Notes under the pieces: generated by a model | The model's input: the letters and a program-made list of their open reading frames with translations, nothing else | The model's database searches: none | Told to the model about the DNA's origin: nothing | In this document: positions 42,556 to 54,207 of the stretch, piece after piece | Layout of the letters: the number at the start of each line of letters is the position of its first letter | Numbering within the stretch: the first letter of the stretch is position 1 | Made by a program: the position numbers and the translations under genes | Source: Calditrichia bacterium | GTDB taxonomy: Bacteria; Calditrichota; Calditrichia; JAJRVZ01 | Direction: 5' to 3' | Assembly (NCBI GenBank): GCA_963796965.1 | Contig: CAWCNS010000011.1 | Span: forward strand, 640,001-704,000 | DNA length: 64,000 bases

Positions 42556-44639
42556 TGGAAAAAAAAATATCCGCTAAAATAATAGTACCTCTGCTGGGCA
42601 TTCTATTCATATTGCCCTTTATTTACGATTTATACCGGTTCTATTCAGATGTGGATATCATAGTCGTGGATTATATTGCTGAAGGATTAAATATATTATT
42701 TGGATTGGTATACTATATATTCCTAACATATAGAGCCAATCTTCAAGATAAAAGTATTCAGGAAAATCTGAAAATTTTTGTTTACCTGCTTGGGATAATG
42801 TATTTCAGTATAATTGTATCCCAAATATTGCTCAATCCCAGTTTCTCTTCCGCTGACATTCCTCCCCTACCTGAAACTTTGGGAAGTGTGATATACGCCA
42901 ATTTGGTCTCGGCTGTTGGGATTCTTTTAATGATTCCTATATTTATAGTCATAAAAAATTTAATCTACTATAAAAGAACACGTCACACTTATTTTTTTAT
43001 GCGTGGTCTGTATTTATTTGCTGCAGCAGCAATTATATCCGGGGTCATATCCCGATCTCCCTTTAGATTTGATTTTGATATTACAAACGCAGGTGTTTTT
43101 AATGATATATTTTTAACCTTATCTATTGGTCTGATCATTATCCTCTCCTTACGTAATTCCTGGATCACTTATCTATCCAGAAAAGAGAAAGTTACTTACT
43201 TTTTTATTTCAATATTCATTTTTTGGGCGGTTTTATATCTATATGAGTTTGCCTTTAAACTCGCTGTCCCGGCTCATAGCATTGCAGCGGGCGTATTCGT
43301 AAATATCTCCTGGTATTTTCAGGTTGCCTATTCATTATTTGCCGCAATTTATTTGTTATTTCAATTGCCAACAGCACGCGTCTTCGATCGAAAAATGCAT
43401 GAAGTTGCTTCCTTAAGAGATTTGAATCGTGTGATCAGCACCGAATTTGATTTCAACAAACTTGTTAAACTTCTGACCGAAATGGCCATAAAGGTAATCG
43501 GGGCTGAAACAATTTGGCTCGAGCTGTACCATCCGGGTACGCGGGATCTGTATATTGCCTCCTCTCAAAATTTGGATGATGAACAATTGGAAAGTTTTGG
43601 CAAACGGGGAAGACTTCGGTTGAGTGAAAAATTATTAAAAACACAAAAACCTGTCCTGCTCAATGAGATAACAAAAAACCACCCCTATGCTTATATTCGA
43701 GAATGGAAACCGGACATTGGTTCAATAATCGGTTCCCCTCTGATCTCGGGTAATGGAGCTCCCCTGGGATTTCTCTTCGCAACAAAAAAACATACCTTCG
43801 GTTTTTATCCGGATGATCTTGAGATGCTGGAGTCGTATGCACATCAGGGGGTTATTGCCCTGGATAATGCCAAATTATTGAAAGAATCTTTTGAACGGGA
43901 AAGGATGGAGGAAGAATTAAGAATCGCCCGCGAAGTACAACAGCGATTACTCCCGGAGAAGACACCAAACTTTGATGGAATCTCCATCGAGACATTAACC
44001 ATTACCGCTTATGAAGTAGGCGGAGATTATTATGATTTTATGAAATTTTCGGATGAACAACTGGGATTAATCATAGGAGATGTGAGTGGAAAAGGTACCT
44101 CTGCTGCCTTCTATATGGCCGAAGCCAAGGGAATTATCCAGTCATTAAGCAAATCATTTAACCAACCCAGTGAATTGTTAATCAGAACAAACGAAATTTT
44201 GTATGAAACCCTGGAACGTAAGACTTTTATTAGTATGCTCATGGCCTCGCTTAATTCAAAAACCCAAACGCTGACTTTCGCCAGAGCAGGACATTGCCCA
44301 CTCCTATATTATAATGCTTCTAAAGAGAAAGCCGAACTTTTGCAGCCAAACGGTATTGGAGTTGGTTTAGAAAAAGGAACAATTTTCAGGGAACTATTGG
44401 TCGAACAAAATATATCATATAATAAAGACGATATATTCGTCTTCTATACGGACGGACTTTCAGAAGCACGTGATCATGACGGACTTGAATATGGAGATAT
44501 GCGATTAGTAGATTTGATAGAAACAAATGCACATCAAGCAGCACCGAAACTGAAAGAGATTATAATCGATTCTATTCTTTCTTTTTTAGATGGGAATAGC
44601 CTTTCAGATGATTTAACATTGTTGCTTGTAAAAATTTAA
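42555..44639 (+). CDS. multi-TM GAF + SpoIIE/PP2C phosphatase (RsbU-like)
   Basis: About 8 TMs, GAF, A..VQ..LLP, VGGDYYD, GDVSGKG, AGH, YTDGL.E and DDLT motifs. Confidence 0.92.
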   Translation: MEKKISAKIIVPLLGILFILPFIYDLYRFYSDVDIIVVDYIAEGLNILFGLVYYIFLTYRANLQDKSIQENLKIFVYLLGIMYFSIIVSQILLNPSFSSADIPPLPETLGSVIYANLVSAVGILLMIPIFIVIKNLIYYKRTRHTYFFMRGLYLFAAAAIISGVISRSPFRFDFDITNAGVFNDIFLTLSIGLIIILSLRNSWITYLSRKEKVTYFFISIFIFWAVLYLYEFAFKLAVPAHSIAAGVFVNISWYFQVAYSLFAAIYLLFQLPTARVFDRKMHEVASLRDLNRVISTEFDFNKLVKLLTEMAIKVIGAETIWLELYHPGTRDLYIASSQNLDDEQLESFGKRGRLRLSEKLLKTQKPVLLNEITKNHPYAYIREWKPDIGSIIGSPLISGNGAPLGFLFATKKHTFGFYPDDLEMLESYAHQGVIALDNAKLLKESFERERMEEELRIAREVQQRLLPEKTPNFDGISIETLTITAYEVGGDYYDFMKFSDEQLGLIIGDVSGKGTSAAFYMAEAKGIIQSLSKSFNQPSELLIRTNEILYETLERKTFISMLMASLNSKTQTLTFARAGHCPLLYYNASKEKAELLQPNGIGVGLEKGTIFRELLVEQNISYNKDDIFVFYTDGLSEARDHDGLEYGDMRLVDLIETNAHQAAPKLKEIIIDSILSFLDGNSLSDDLTLLLVKI

Positions 44640-44681
44640 TATAATTTTGTTTGATCTATAAAAATATGTGGAGGATAATTG

Positions 44682-45032
44682 ATGGAGAATTTTGAGGTTG
44701 ACCGAATCGATCGATCAGGAATTAGTATTCTTAGACTAAAAGGCTTTCTGGACGCTCATACTGCACCTAATTTTGAACATGCCATCCAGGAATTGCTGGA
44801 AGAGAATCGTTTTAAAATCATTATCAGTATGTCCGATCTCAACTATATCAGTAGTGCCGGTCTTGGTGTATTTATGGGTTTCATTGAAGAAATACGCGAA
44901 AATAGCGGAGACATTAAGCTTTCGAATATGTCTGACAAAGTGTATAAAGTATTCGACTTGTTAGGCTTTCCAGCACTCTATCAGATCTTTAAAGAAGAAG
45001 CGGAGGCAGAAAAGGAGTATGGCAAAGATTAA
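44682..45032 (+). CDS. STAS anti-sigma-factor antagonist (RsbV/SpoIIAA-like)
   Basis: G.LDA..A and YISSAGLG phospho-Ser motif. Confidence 0.93.
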   Translation: MENFEVDRIDRSGISILRLKGFLDAHTAPNFEHAIQELLEENRFKIIISMSDLNYISSAGLGVFMGFIEEIRENSGDIKLSNMSDKVYKVFDLLGFPALYQIFKEEAEAEKEYGKD

Positions 45033-45084
45033 GACTTTCTTTTCTCATACTTACGCTCACATTTCATTGAGGGATGGAAAAACT

Positions 45085-45528
45085 ATGAAACTTAAAAATC
45101 AAATATACAGACTAAACATTCCGAGTATTACGGAGAATCTCCAAATGATTCGGGAGTTTGTGGTCAAAATTGCAGCCAAAGCCGGATTTAATGAGGAAAC
45201 CCGTGAACAAATTGCTCTGGCCGTAGATGAAGCCTGTACCAATGTCATTAAGCATGCGCATCATCATGATGCACGTCGGTTAATGGATATAAAAATACAG
45301 ACAGATAAAAACAAAATGAAGATTATCATAACCGATAAAGGGCATGGCTTTGATATTACAAAATTAAAAGACCCGGATATTGAGAAATATATCAGGGAGT
45401 CAAGACATGGCGGGTTGGGTATCTATTTAATTAAAACGCTTATGGATGAAGTTAACTACGAGTTCAATCCAGGTGTAAAAAATCAGGTAGAATTAACTAA
45501 ATACTTACAAAAACCGACAGCATCCTGA
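45085..45528 (+). CDS. RsbW/SpoIIAB-like Ser kinase / anti-sigma factor
   Basis: LAVDEACTNVIKHA, DKGHGF and GGLGIYLI..LMD motifs. Start trimmed to MKLKNQ. Confidence 0.93.
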   Translation: MKLKNQIYRLNIPSITENLQMIREFVVKIAAKAGFNEETREQIALAVDEACTNVIKHAHHHDARRLMDIKIQTDKNKMKIIITDKGHGFDITKLKDPDIEKYIRESRHGGLGIYLIKTLMDEVNYEFNPGVKNQVELTKYLQKPTAS

Positions 45529-45535
45529 GGATAAA

Positions 45536-47309
45536 ATGCCTGATCACCTTGCAAATTTCAAAGAGCGAAAAGATATAAATAATCTCGAATCAGATGATAT
45601 GGATCGTCATCTGCTCGAACTCTCCGCCCTATTTGAGATAAGTCAAACCCTAAATTCTTCACTCAATCTTAAATCAATCCTTAATAATGTCCTGCTTGTA
45701 CCCATGGGACGGATGATGCTGGGCAAAGGGCTTATTTTAATCAAAAAAGATGTAAACATATTTACTATTGAAAACATTAAAGGACTCCCGCTCAAATTAC
45801 AGGGTAAAGCAATTGATCTTACGGGAATTCCCAACCACTCCTTTTTGCTTGAAAATATTAAAGAGGAATATAACTGGGCAGACTTCTTCAAAGAATTCAA
45901 AATTGAACTAATGGTGCCTTTTATTTCTAGGACCGATACCATTGGTATGATTGGATTTAGCCGAAAGATTACTGGGGAAGCTTTTAAAGATGAGGAAATA
46001 GAATTTTTAAATTCACTAACCAATATTGCAACAACCTCTATCGAGAATGCATTGGTCTTTGATCAAATTCAAAAAGTTAACCGGCAGCTCGATCATAAAA
46101 TCCAGGAATTAAATACACTCTTTGATATTGGGAAAGAACTAAATTTAACACTCGAGAAAGGTAAAATACTTAAATTACTCTCTTATGCCTTGATGGGGCA
46201 GGTTACAGTCAACAATTTCATCATCGCTTTGAAAGAGGAAGATAAATTTCAAACAGACTATGGTAAAAGGTAGCGTTTTTAATATAAAAGAGGGTAGCTA
46301 TTGCGAAAACCTCTGTGAGATATGTCAAACACTACATACACCTTATTTATGTGAAGATGAGACAGAATTTGATAATCAGCTCAGTGATGCGGCAGTAAGA
46401 GTCGTGGTTCCTATGCAAATTCAATCGGAGACAAAAGGATTTATATTTTTAGGAGAGAAAGTCACAAAGCAGCCTTTTAGTCCCAGTGATCTTGAGTTTT
46501 TACAAACCTTAGGTAATGTGGCCATAATTTCCCTGGAAAATGCACGTCTTTTTGAGGAGACATTGGAAAAACAGAGACTTGAAGAAGAGATGGCCCTGGC
46601 CCGTAATATTCAATCACGACTTTTACCTAAATCTATGCCAAAACTCACTCATCTGGCAATCCATGGATTAAATGTCCCAAGCAAACATGTGGGAGGGGAT
46701 TATTTTGATATTATTGAGTTGGATGAAAGTGATTGTACTGGAATCACCATCGCTGATGTTTCCGGAAAAGGGATGCCGGCAGCTTTATTAATGTCAAATT
46801 TGCAGGCTAGTCTTCATTCTCTTGTTCGGGAAGATTACCCTCTAAACAAACTCGTTGGCCGGATTAATAATGTAATCTTTAACAATACCGATCCCGATAA
46901 ATATATCACCTTTTTCTATGGAAATTTGAACAAAACAACACAGGAATTTCGTTTTGTAAATGCCGGGCATAATCCTCCCTATTTATTACATCCGGATGGA
47001 AGGATTGATGAATTATCAACAGGAGGTATCATTTTAGGTATGATGCCAAATATGCCTTATGAAATTGGATCATGTAAACTTGCAAAAGGTGATTTACTTA
47101 TGCTGTATACAGACGGTGTAACAGAAGCCATGACAGATGATGATATTGAGTTTGAAGAAAAAAGACTCATGGAATTCTTAAGAAATATTGATCCCCGGAT
47201 AAGCCCGGAAGAAATAAACATGAATCTTATTATGGAACTAAATAAGTTCTCTGCCGGCGCACCCCAAACTGATGATATAACCATCCTGACGCTTAGAATG
47301 CTTTCATGA
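45536..47309 (+). CDS. cytoplasmic GAF-GAF-SpoIIE/PP2C phosphatase, split by a frameshift near 46256
   Basis: Two GAF-like repeats (F...E.EFL..L.N.A..S.ENA.LF); VGGDYFD, ADVSGKG, NAGHN, YTDGVTE and DDIT motifs. Confidence 0.9.
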
Positions 47310-47508
47310 TACGTTACTAATACCTGGACAAGGACATTCTCCCCTATTTCACAATATTTATACCGCATAGACACCCTAAAGTTTACCTTATAGTGGTGTT
47401 TACTATCCAATTTAGGATTCGTTTTCACAAAGTTGAAGAAAATACCATGCATCCTGCTTGATATTAGCAATCATGAGCAATAAATTTAATATTTAACCAG
47501 GAGTAAAT

Positions 47509-49404
47509 TTGCTTACTAAAACGACTCAAATAATTCTTCAAGTTGTCTTTTTTCTCCTCATTTATATTTTGCTCAGAACTGTCTTTCATATAGGAGACAT
47601 TCCCGCTGTTTTCATAGTAACCCTATTGATACTTGTATTTAAATCAGCTATCGACAACCTTCTATTTTCTCTATGGGGATGTGTGATCAATCGAAATTAT
47701 GTTAAAATCGAAAAAGCGCTTACCACATTTGAAGATCACTTAGATGGAATATCCCACTATCACGAATTGTTTCCTCAGTTTTATCATTTATTTAATTTAA
47801 TATTCATCCCAAAATCCTGGTTGTTTTATGTATTTGAGGACTCAGGCTTTCGAATCGTAGAATATGATACATCCAAATTCGAAGAGGGTTTACCTGTTGA
47901 GATAAACTTTTATAATGATCAGGAAACCACAGAGATTATTGATCTGAAAGAGCTTAATAAAAGCACCATGAATGACAGTTCATTCCAAGCGAAGACATTT
48001 TTAAACAATCAATTAGACATGCTTATTCCGATTAGGGGTAAAAGCCAAATTGTCGCACTATTATTTATTTCTCGCTCCAATGGCAATTTTATTCAAAATA
48101 ACAAAATCCGTAAAAGCACAGAAAAAGTACTTCAAAAGGCCGGTCAGATTTTAGAGAGTACAGCATTATATCTCGATATAGTCCAAAGAAATCTTGAAAT
48201 AAATAAATTATTTGAGGTAAGCACAAAACTTTTAAGTACCTTGAATACAGATGACATTCTCGACTTCTTACTCGATTCACTCTCTGAAGTAATTCATTTT
48301 GATGCCGGTGTTATCTTTCTGGTAGATCCAGAAAGAAAAAAACTATATCAAAAAGTTAGCAAGGGATATGAAAAAGGCCAGGATCTTACATTAAAACTTG
48401 GCCAGGGAGCCTGTGGATGGGTCGCAGAAACCAGGAACATTTCACTTATAATGGATGTTGATTTAGCGGATCATTATTACCCTATCCGCAAAGAAACGCG
48501 TTCCCAGATATCTATTCCCTTAATCAAACAAGATGAATTGATGGGAGTCCTTTCCTTAGAAAGCAACGAAAGAAACGGATTTTCCAATCAATCTCTCGAA
48601 CTTCTGAAATTATTTGCCAATCAAGCCATAATTGCATTAGACAATGCAAAACAATATGAAATTTCTTTAACCAAAATGCACCTGGAACATGAACTTGTCG
48701 ATGCCCAAAAAGTACAAAAAGTTTTACTTCCTCAACATCCACCTAACTTTAAAGATCTAAATATTTCATTTGTTCATATTCCAAGCAAATTGGTTAGTGG
48801 CGATCTGTTTGACCTGGTCTCAATTGATGAGCATCTTCTTGGCCTGGTCTTAGGTGATGTCTCAGGTAAAGGTGCAGGTGCCGCAATTATGATGTCCCTG
48901 GTGCTTGCCGGATTTCGTGCTTATAATAAATCTCATTTGACTGTATGTGAGGTGGTGGCCCGGCTTAACAATCTGCTCGAGGAAAGTGTTAGTGATGGTA
49001 ACTACGCCACTCTATTCTATGCCTTAATATCTACTAAACAGCAAACCATTACATTCACGAATGCCGGCCATAATCCCCCATTATTATTCAGAACTGATGG
49101 AAGTATTGAAGAATTGTCTGTTGGTGGTATTGTTCTTGGCTATCTGGTTAACCAAATATATAAACAGACGACCGTCCCCTTCTTACCAGGCGACCTTCTC
49201 CTTACTTACACCGATGGAATTTCTGAAGCCCTGAATATTAAGGACGAGGAGTTCGGGGAAGAAAGGTTAAAATCTGTCGTCAAAGAAAACTTGCATCTAA
49301 ATAGCTACGAATTAAAGAATAAAATTCTCCAAGAGGTTGATTTATTTACCCAAAGTGATAATATTAGTGATGACCGCACAATTGTCATCGTAAAACACCT
49401 TTAA
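47509..49404 (+). CDS. 2-TM GAF-GAF-SpoIIE/PP2C phosphatase
   Basis: G.G..GWVAE GAF; VSGDLFD, GDVSGKG, NAGHN, YTDGISE and DDRT motifs; AGGAG RBS with TTG start. Confidence 0.9.
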   Translation: MLTKTTQIILQVVFFLLIYILLRTVFHIGDIPAVFIVTLLILVFKSAIDNLLFSLWGCVINRNYVKIEKALTTFEDHLDGISHYHELFPQFYHLFNLIFIPKSWLFYVFEDSGFRIVEYDTSKFEEGLPVEINFYNDQETTEIIDLKELNKSTMNDSSFQAKTFLNNQLDMLIPIRGKSQIVALLFISRSNGNFIQNNKIRKSTEKVLQKAGQILESTALYLDIVQRNLEINKLFEVSTKLLSTLNTDDILDFLLDSLSEVIHFDAGVIFLVDPERKKLYQKVSKGYEKGQDLTLKLGQGACGWVAETRNISLIMDVDLADHYYPIRKETRSQISIPLIKQDELMGVLSLESNERNGFSNQSLELLKLFANQAIIALDNAKQYEISLTKMHLEHELVDAQKVQKVLLPQHPPNFKDLNISFVHIPSKLVSGDLFDLVSIDEHLLGLVLGDVSGKGAGAAIMMSLVLAGFRAYNKSHLTVCEVVARLNNLLEESVSDGNYATLFYALISTKQQTITFTNAGHNPPLLFRTDGSIEELSVGGIVLGYLVNQIYKQTTVPFLPGDLLLTYTDGISEALNIKDEEFGEERLKSVVKENLHLNSYELKNKILQEVDLFTQSDNISDDRTIVIVKHL

Positions 49405-49667
49405 TCTTCTTTTATTTCTGCAGAATACCTCAGTAAATTTAAATTTTTGCCGATAATCCCCTATATGCCCCAGATTATATTTTTAGGGGTAAAAACTCTT
49501 TGCATTTTAGAAATATTAATTACAGAGGAAACAGAGTATATAGAGCTATTAAGAATTCAGAATTTAACTATTAAAATAGGGATGGTTTGGTTAGTATCTC
49601 TGCGATATATGATATATAACTTCTCTGAGAACTCGGTTTAAATAATAATATTTACAAAGTAATTAAA

Positions 49668-51322
49668 ATGTCAGAACCAGCACAAAGAAAAATACTTTAT
49701 ATTGAAGATGATCCTGATTCTCGCGAGATGATGGCCGATGTTCTTCACATGCACGGCTTTGGCTTTATGGGTGCCACACGCGGCTTAGAAGGGATTCGTA
49801 TTGCCAAAAATGAATCGCCAAATCTTATCCTTCTTGATATAAATTTACCTGACATGGATGGGTATGAAGTCACGACCCTTCTCAGGTCAATCAAAACGCT
49901 GGATAGTGTACCTATTATTGCTATCTCTGTTGAGACAACTGATAATTCCCGAGAAAGAATTCTCACGGCTGGTTGTGATGGCTTTATTTCAAAGCCAATT
50001 AATATCAAAGAATTCCTGGTAATAATCGAGGAGTATTTAAAAGGTAGAAAGGATTTGATTGCACCGGAAGATGAAAAAAAATATCTTGCGGAATATAATA
50101 TCCGCCTTGGGGAGCGACTTCAAAATAAAATTGAAGAGTTGGAGAAAGTCAATAAAAGCCTGATTTCCATGAATGAGGAGTTAAGCGAGTCTCAAAAACA
50201 ATTGACAGACTACAACAACCGCCTGTACGCAATGAATAATATTGCTAATATATTGCGTTTGCAAAATTCGCCCCAGTCCGTGTTGGAGATTTTACCGGAA
50301 AACATTATGGATGGATTTAGTGTCGACCGTTGTCTAATATTTGAATATTTTGAGGAGAAAGATAGGTTAGAGATTGTTTATTCGGCCGGAATTTCAGAAC
50401 TAAATGTCAAAAAATTGAAATTTAAAATAAGCCAACCAGCTTCTATCAACGTTTAAAAGAAGATATTAAACTAATGTGGATCAGGAATAAAAATGAGATA
50501 CCTGATGATAATCTTTATAAAATTGCACAGGAATTAAATTCCACATCTTTTATAATGGCTTCTCTCTCTGGCTTTAGCAGCCGCCAGGATGCAACTAGTA
50601 TTTTCCGATCAATCGTTTCATCATCGGTAGAGGAAGATGATGAATTCGCCATAAAAAAACCAAGACGGTATATAATATTTTTGGATAGGGGAAAAACTCA
50701 GAGACCCTTCCTGCAATATGAGATTAGAGTTCTAAAGACATTTCTGCAAACTGCCAGCATTATCTATGAAAATATGATGCTTTACCATAAAATGATGAAA
50801 CTTTACCGGATCAAGGAGCAAGAAGCTATTACAGATGGGTTAACAAATGTTTACAACTATAGGTTTTTCCAGAGTCAGATAGAAAGAGAAATTGTTCGAT
50901 CTGATCGTCATGGCAATTCCTTCTCTATAGCGATGATTGATCTTGACAATTTTAAACAATATAATGATACACAAGGGCATTTAAGGGGGGATGAGGCCTT
51001 AAGAATGATTGCCCAAACCATTGTTAAGAACATTCGTAAGAGTGATACATTAGCACGTTATGGCGGGGATGAATTTGTAATGATCTTACCCGAACTGGAT
51101 AAGACCCAGGCAAAAGCTTTAGCCGAGAAACTATGCGATGTCATTAAAGTGACAAGCGTACCCAAAAAGAGAACTTCCCGCCGAGTAAATCTTACCGTTA
51201 GCCTTGGTATCTCTACCTTCCCTACAGATGGACATAATGAGGAAGAGTTGTTACGTAAAGCTGATGAGGCCCTTTACCGGGCTAAAGATCTTGGTAGAAA
51301 CGCTGTCTGCATATCTGCTTAA
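49668..51322 (+). CDS. REC-coiled coil-GAF-GGDEF diguanylate cyclase, split by a frameshift near 50435
   Basis: EDD...LLDINLP..DG...SKP receiver; TDGLT, DLDNFK.YND..GH..GD, RKSD I-site and intact GGDEF. The other frame reads SFYQRLKEDIKL into the second ORF. Confidence 0.9.
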
Positions 51323-51331
51323 CTCTTTTAC

Positions 51332-51964
51332 TTATTCAGTCCCATAAATACGATCTCCAGCATCTCCCAAACCAGGTAAAATATACCCATGATCATTTAA
51401 TTCACGATCCAGAGCTGCTGTATAAATTGGCAAATCCGGATGATGCTGTCTCATAAATGCCACACCCTCAGGTGAGGCCACCAGGCATACAAATCGAATA
51501 CTCCGCGCCCCCTTTTTCTTAACAAATTGGACAGCAGCTGCTGCACTGCCTCCAGTTGCCAGCATCGGATCAATTATTATGACCTCCGACTTATCTATAT
51601 CATTTGGGAACTTACAGTAATATTTAACGGGCTGGAGGGTGTCCGGATCTCTGTAAAGTCCAAGATGTCCAACCCGTGCCTGGGGAATCAGGGTTAAGAT
51701 ACCATCGCACATTCCCAGGCCTGCTCGCAGAATTGGTACTAGGGTCACCTTATTTGCCAATACATAGCCTGTAGTTCGCTCCATCGGTGTGGTAAGCTCT
51801 TTTTCAGTCAATGGCAAACTACGTGTTACCTCGTAAACCATCAAGGCCCCAACTTCACTCAGGAGACTACGAAATTGTTTAGGATCAGTATCTACATCGC
51901 GTAAATGACACATTTTTTGTTGAATTAAAGGATGATCGAGAATGAATAAATTGTCCTTATTCAT
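51332..51964 (-). CDS. upp: uracil phosphoribosyltransferase
   Basis: HPLI, PILRAGLGM, DPMLATGGS and YILPGLGDAGDR motifs. Confidence 0.97.
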   Translation of the reverse strand: MNKDNLFILDHPLIQQKMCHLRDVDTDPKQFRSLLSEVGALMVYEVTRSLPLTEKELTTPMERTTGYVLANKVTLVPILRAGLGMCDGILTLIPQARVGHLGLYRDPDTLQPVKYYCKFPNDIDKSEVIIIDPMLATGGSAAAAVQFVKKKGARSIRFVCLVASPEGVAFMRQHHPDLPIYTAALDRELNDHGYILPGLGDAGDRIYGTE

Positions 51965-52686
51965 GCTTCACTTTCATTATAATGGGGATCATAATTATCA
52001 ATGATAAACTGCCGGACCTGGTCGCTTAGTTTGTCCCGGTCTTGATAACTAAAGGCACGCGTATCGATTGGATCACCAAAAACCATTTTTAACTTCCCTG
52101 GTTTCACCCCCATACTTTTTTTACGTAATATAAACCGGCTGCCGGAAACAGAGACCGGTATAATCGGAATTTGACCCTTTAATGCCAGAACAAACCCGCC
52201 TTTCTTAAAATCCTTTATTACACCATCTTCGCTGCGTGTTCCTTCCGGAAAAACAACAACCGAAACACCCTTTCTAATCTTTTCAAGTGCCTCATTCATG
52301 GAAGCAATTGACTTTCTCCTGTCGGAACGGTCGATCCTTACGGTCCCTGTAGCAGCCAGGGCCCACCCAAAAATGGGGATTTTATATAATTCTGCCTTGG
52401 CCATAAACCGGGCTGTTAACGGCAAAGCAGTAAAGATAGCAAATACATCAAAATGGCTCTGATGGTTGCCAATAAAAATATAACTTTTTGTTCTGTCAAT
52501 TTTCTCCAAACCATCAATTTCTAATTTCACTCCCGCTGCAAAAAGAATCGAACCGGTCCAGGCTTTTGCAAAAAAATTGATTATCCTGGAATAGGGTCCG
52601 AAGACGCTAAAAATGACACAAAAGGTGGAAACTAAAAAAGTTGAGACTACGACTGTAATCATTGTAAAAATAGCGCGAAACATCAC
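51961..52686 (-). CDS. plsC: 1-acyl-sn-glycerol-3-phosphate acyltransferase
   Basis: NHQS.FD, AK.EL, FPEGTRS and FKKG.F motifs. Confidence 0.92.
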   Translation of the reverse strand: MMFRAIFTMITVVVSTFLVSTFCVIFSVFGPYSRIINFFAKAWTGSILFAAGVKLEIDGLEKIDRTKSYIFIGNHQSHFDVFAIFTALPLTARFMAKAELYKIPIFGWALAATGTVRIDRSDRRKSIASMNEALEKIRKGVSVVVFPEGTRSEDGVIKDFKKGGFVLALKGQIPIIPVSVSGSRFILRKKSMGVKPGKLKMVFGDPIDTRAFSYQDRDKLSDQVRQFIIDNYDPHYNESEA

Positions 52687-53963
52687 TTACTCCCTCTTAT
52701 CAGATCGCATCCATTGAGGTATGGCCGCAGTACTTCCGGGACAATGATGGTGCCTTCATCTGTCTGATTGATTTCAAGTAAGGATACCATCAGACGGGAA
52801 GTAGCAAGGCCGGAACCGTTAAGCGTATGAACAAATGTAAGAGATTTATCCTGTTCCTGTCGAAAACGAATATTGGCACGCCTGGCCTGAAAATCTTCAA
52901 AATTACTGACACTGGATGCTTCCAGCCATTTATTTTCTGCAGGTGACCAGGTCTCGATATCATAACATTTTGCCGCTGCAAAACTCAAGTCACCTGTCAC
53001 TAATGATAAGACGCGGTAGGGTATTTCAAGTAATTCTAAGATTTCTGTGGCTTCTTTAAGAATCCGTTCATGCGCCAGATAAGATTCTTCAGGGAGCGTA
53101 AAATTTACTAATTCTACCTTATTAAACTGATGAACACGCAGAAAACCCCGCGTATCTTTACCATAGGATCCAGCTTCACGGCGAAAACAGGCTGAATATG
53201 CCACATATTTTAGAGGTAATTGATCAGCAGAAAGGATCTCATCCCTGTGCAGATTTGTAACCGGTACCTCTGCCGTGGGGATCAGAAAAAGATCGTCTTT
53301 TTCTGCGAGATACATATCTTCTTCTAATTTGGGCAGCTGCCCAGTGCCATACATACTTGCCCGGTTAGCGAGAAATGGTGGAAATATTTCAGTATATCCA
53401 TTCTCGTATATATGGCGATCGAGCATAAAATTAATCAGGGCACGTTCTAATTGTGCACCCATGCCTTTATATACCGGAAAACCACTACCGCTGATTTTAC
53501 CTCCCCGTTTAAAATCAAGTATATCTAATTTCTCACCAAGGGTAAGATGATCCTGGACATCAAAATCAAATTGCGGTATTTTCCCCCATGTTTTTATTTC
53601 GACATTCTGATCACTGCTTTGGCCTTCAGGCGCTGATTCATGGGGCATATTGGGGATACGATCCAGTTCAATCTTCAATTGGGCATTTAGTCCCGCCAAT
53701 TTTTCATCCAGATCTTTAATATCGGCCGAGATATTTTTTGTTTTTTCGATCAGGGCCGCAGTATCCTTCTTTTCTTTTTTAAGTTGTGCAACCTGATTAC
53801 TATTCTCATTTCTTTCCTTCTTCAGCTGTTCAACCTTAAAGATAATTTCCCGTCTCTCTTTATCAATAGTGAGAAGTTGGTCAATATTCGCCTTTTCATT
53901 CTTTAGGCTTACTCCTTTTTTTACAAATTCAGGATTCTCCCTAATAAATTTTAAATCTAGCAT
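52683..53963 (-). CDS. serS: serine--tRNA ligase
   Basis: MLD.KFIR, GTGQLPK, LIPTAEVP, FRREAGS.G.DTRG..RVHQF.KVE and HTLNGSGLA motifs. Confidence 0.98.
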   Translation of the reverse strand: MLDLKFIRENPEFVKKGVSLKNEKANIDQLLTIDKERREIIFKVEQLKKERNENSNQVAQLKKEKKDTAALIEKTKNISADIKDLDEKLAGLNAQLKIELDRIPNMPHESAPEGQSSDQNVEIKTWGKIPQFDFDVQDHLTLGEKLDILDFKRGGKISGSGFPVYKGMGAQLERALINFMLDRHIYENGYTEIFPPFLANRASMYGTGQLPKLEEDMYLAEKDDLFLIPTAEVPVTNLHRDEILSADQLPLKYVAYSACFRREAGSYGKDTRGFLRVHQFNKVELVNFTLPEESYLAHERILKEATEILELLEIPYRVLSLVTGDLSFAAAKCYDIETWSPAENKWLEASSVSNFEDFQARRANIRFRQEQDKSLTFVHTLNGSGLATSRLMVSLLEINQTDEGTIIVPEVLRPYLNGCDLIRGSK

Positions 53964-53991
53964 GTATTTCCTTTTCGACTTTTATCTATAA

Positions 53992-54148
53992 ATAGAACAC
54001 GGATAACGCAGATGACGAGGATTTTCACGGATAAAAAATATTAAAAAACTTGAATAACAAATGGTAAAAAATATACCCAAAAAGATACTTTAAAATCTCT
54101 TATAAAAATCTAAGAAGATCCGTGTCATCCGCGTCATCCGCGTTCTAT
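53992..54148. repeat. miniature inverted-repeat element with 9-mer ACGCGGATG-like arms
   Basis: ATAGAACACGGATAACGCAGATGACGAGGAT ... ATCCGTGTCATCCGCGTCATCCGCGTTCTAT around an AT-rich spacer. Confidence 0.8.
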
Positions 54149-54207
54149 ATAAATTTGATATTATTACTTATCCGAAATTTACTGCAGAGATAATTGTGGA
54201 GCAAATA

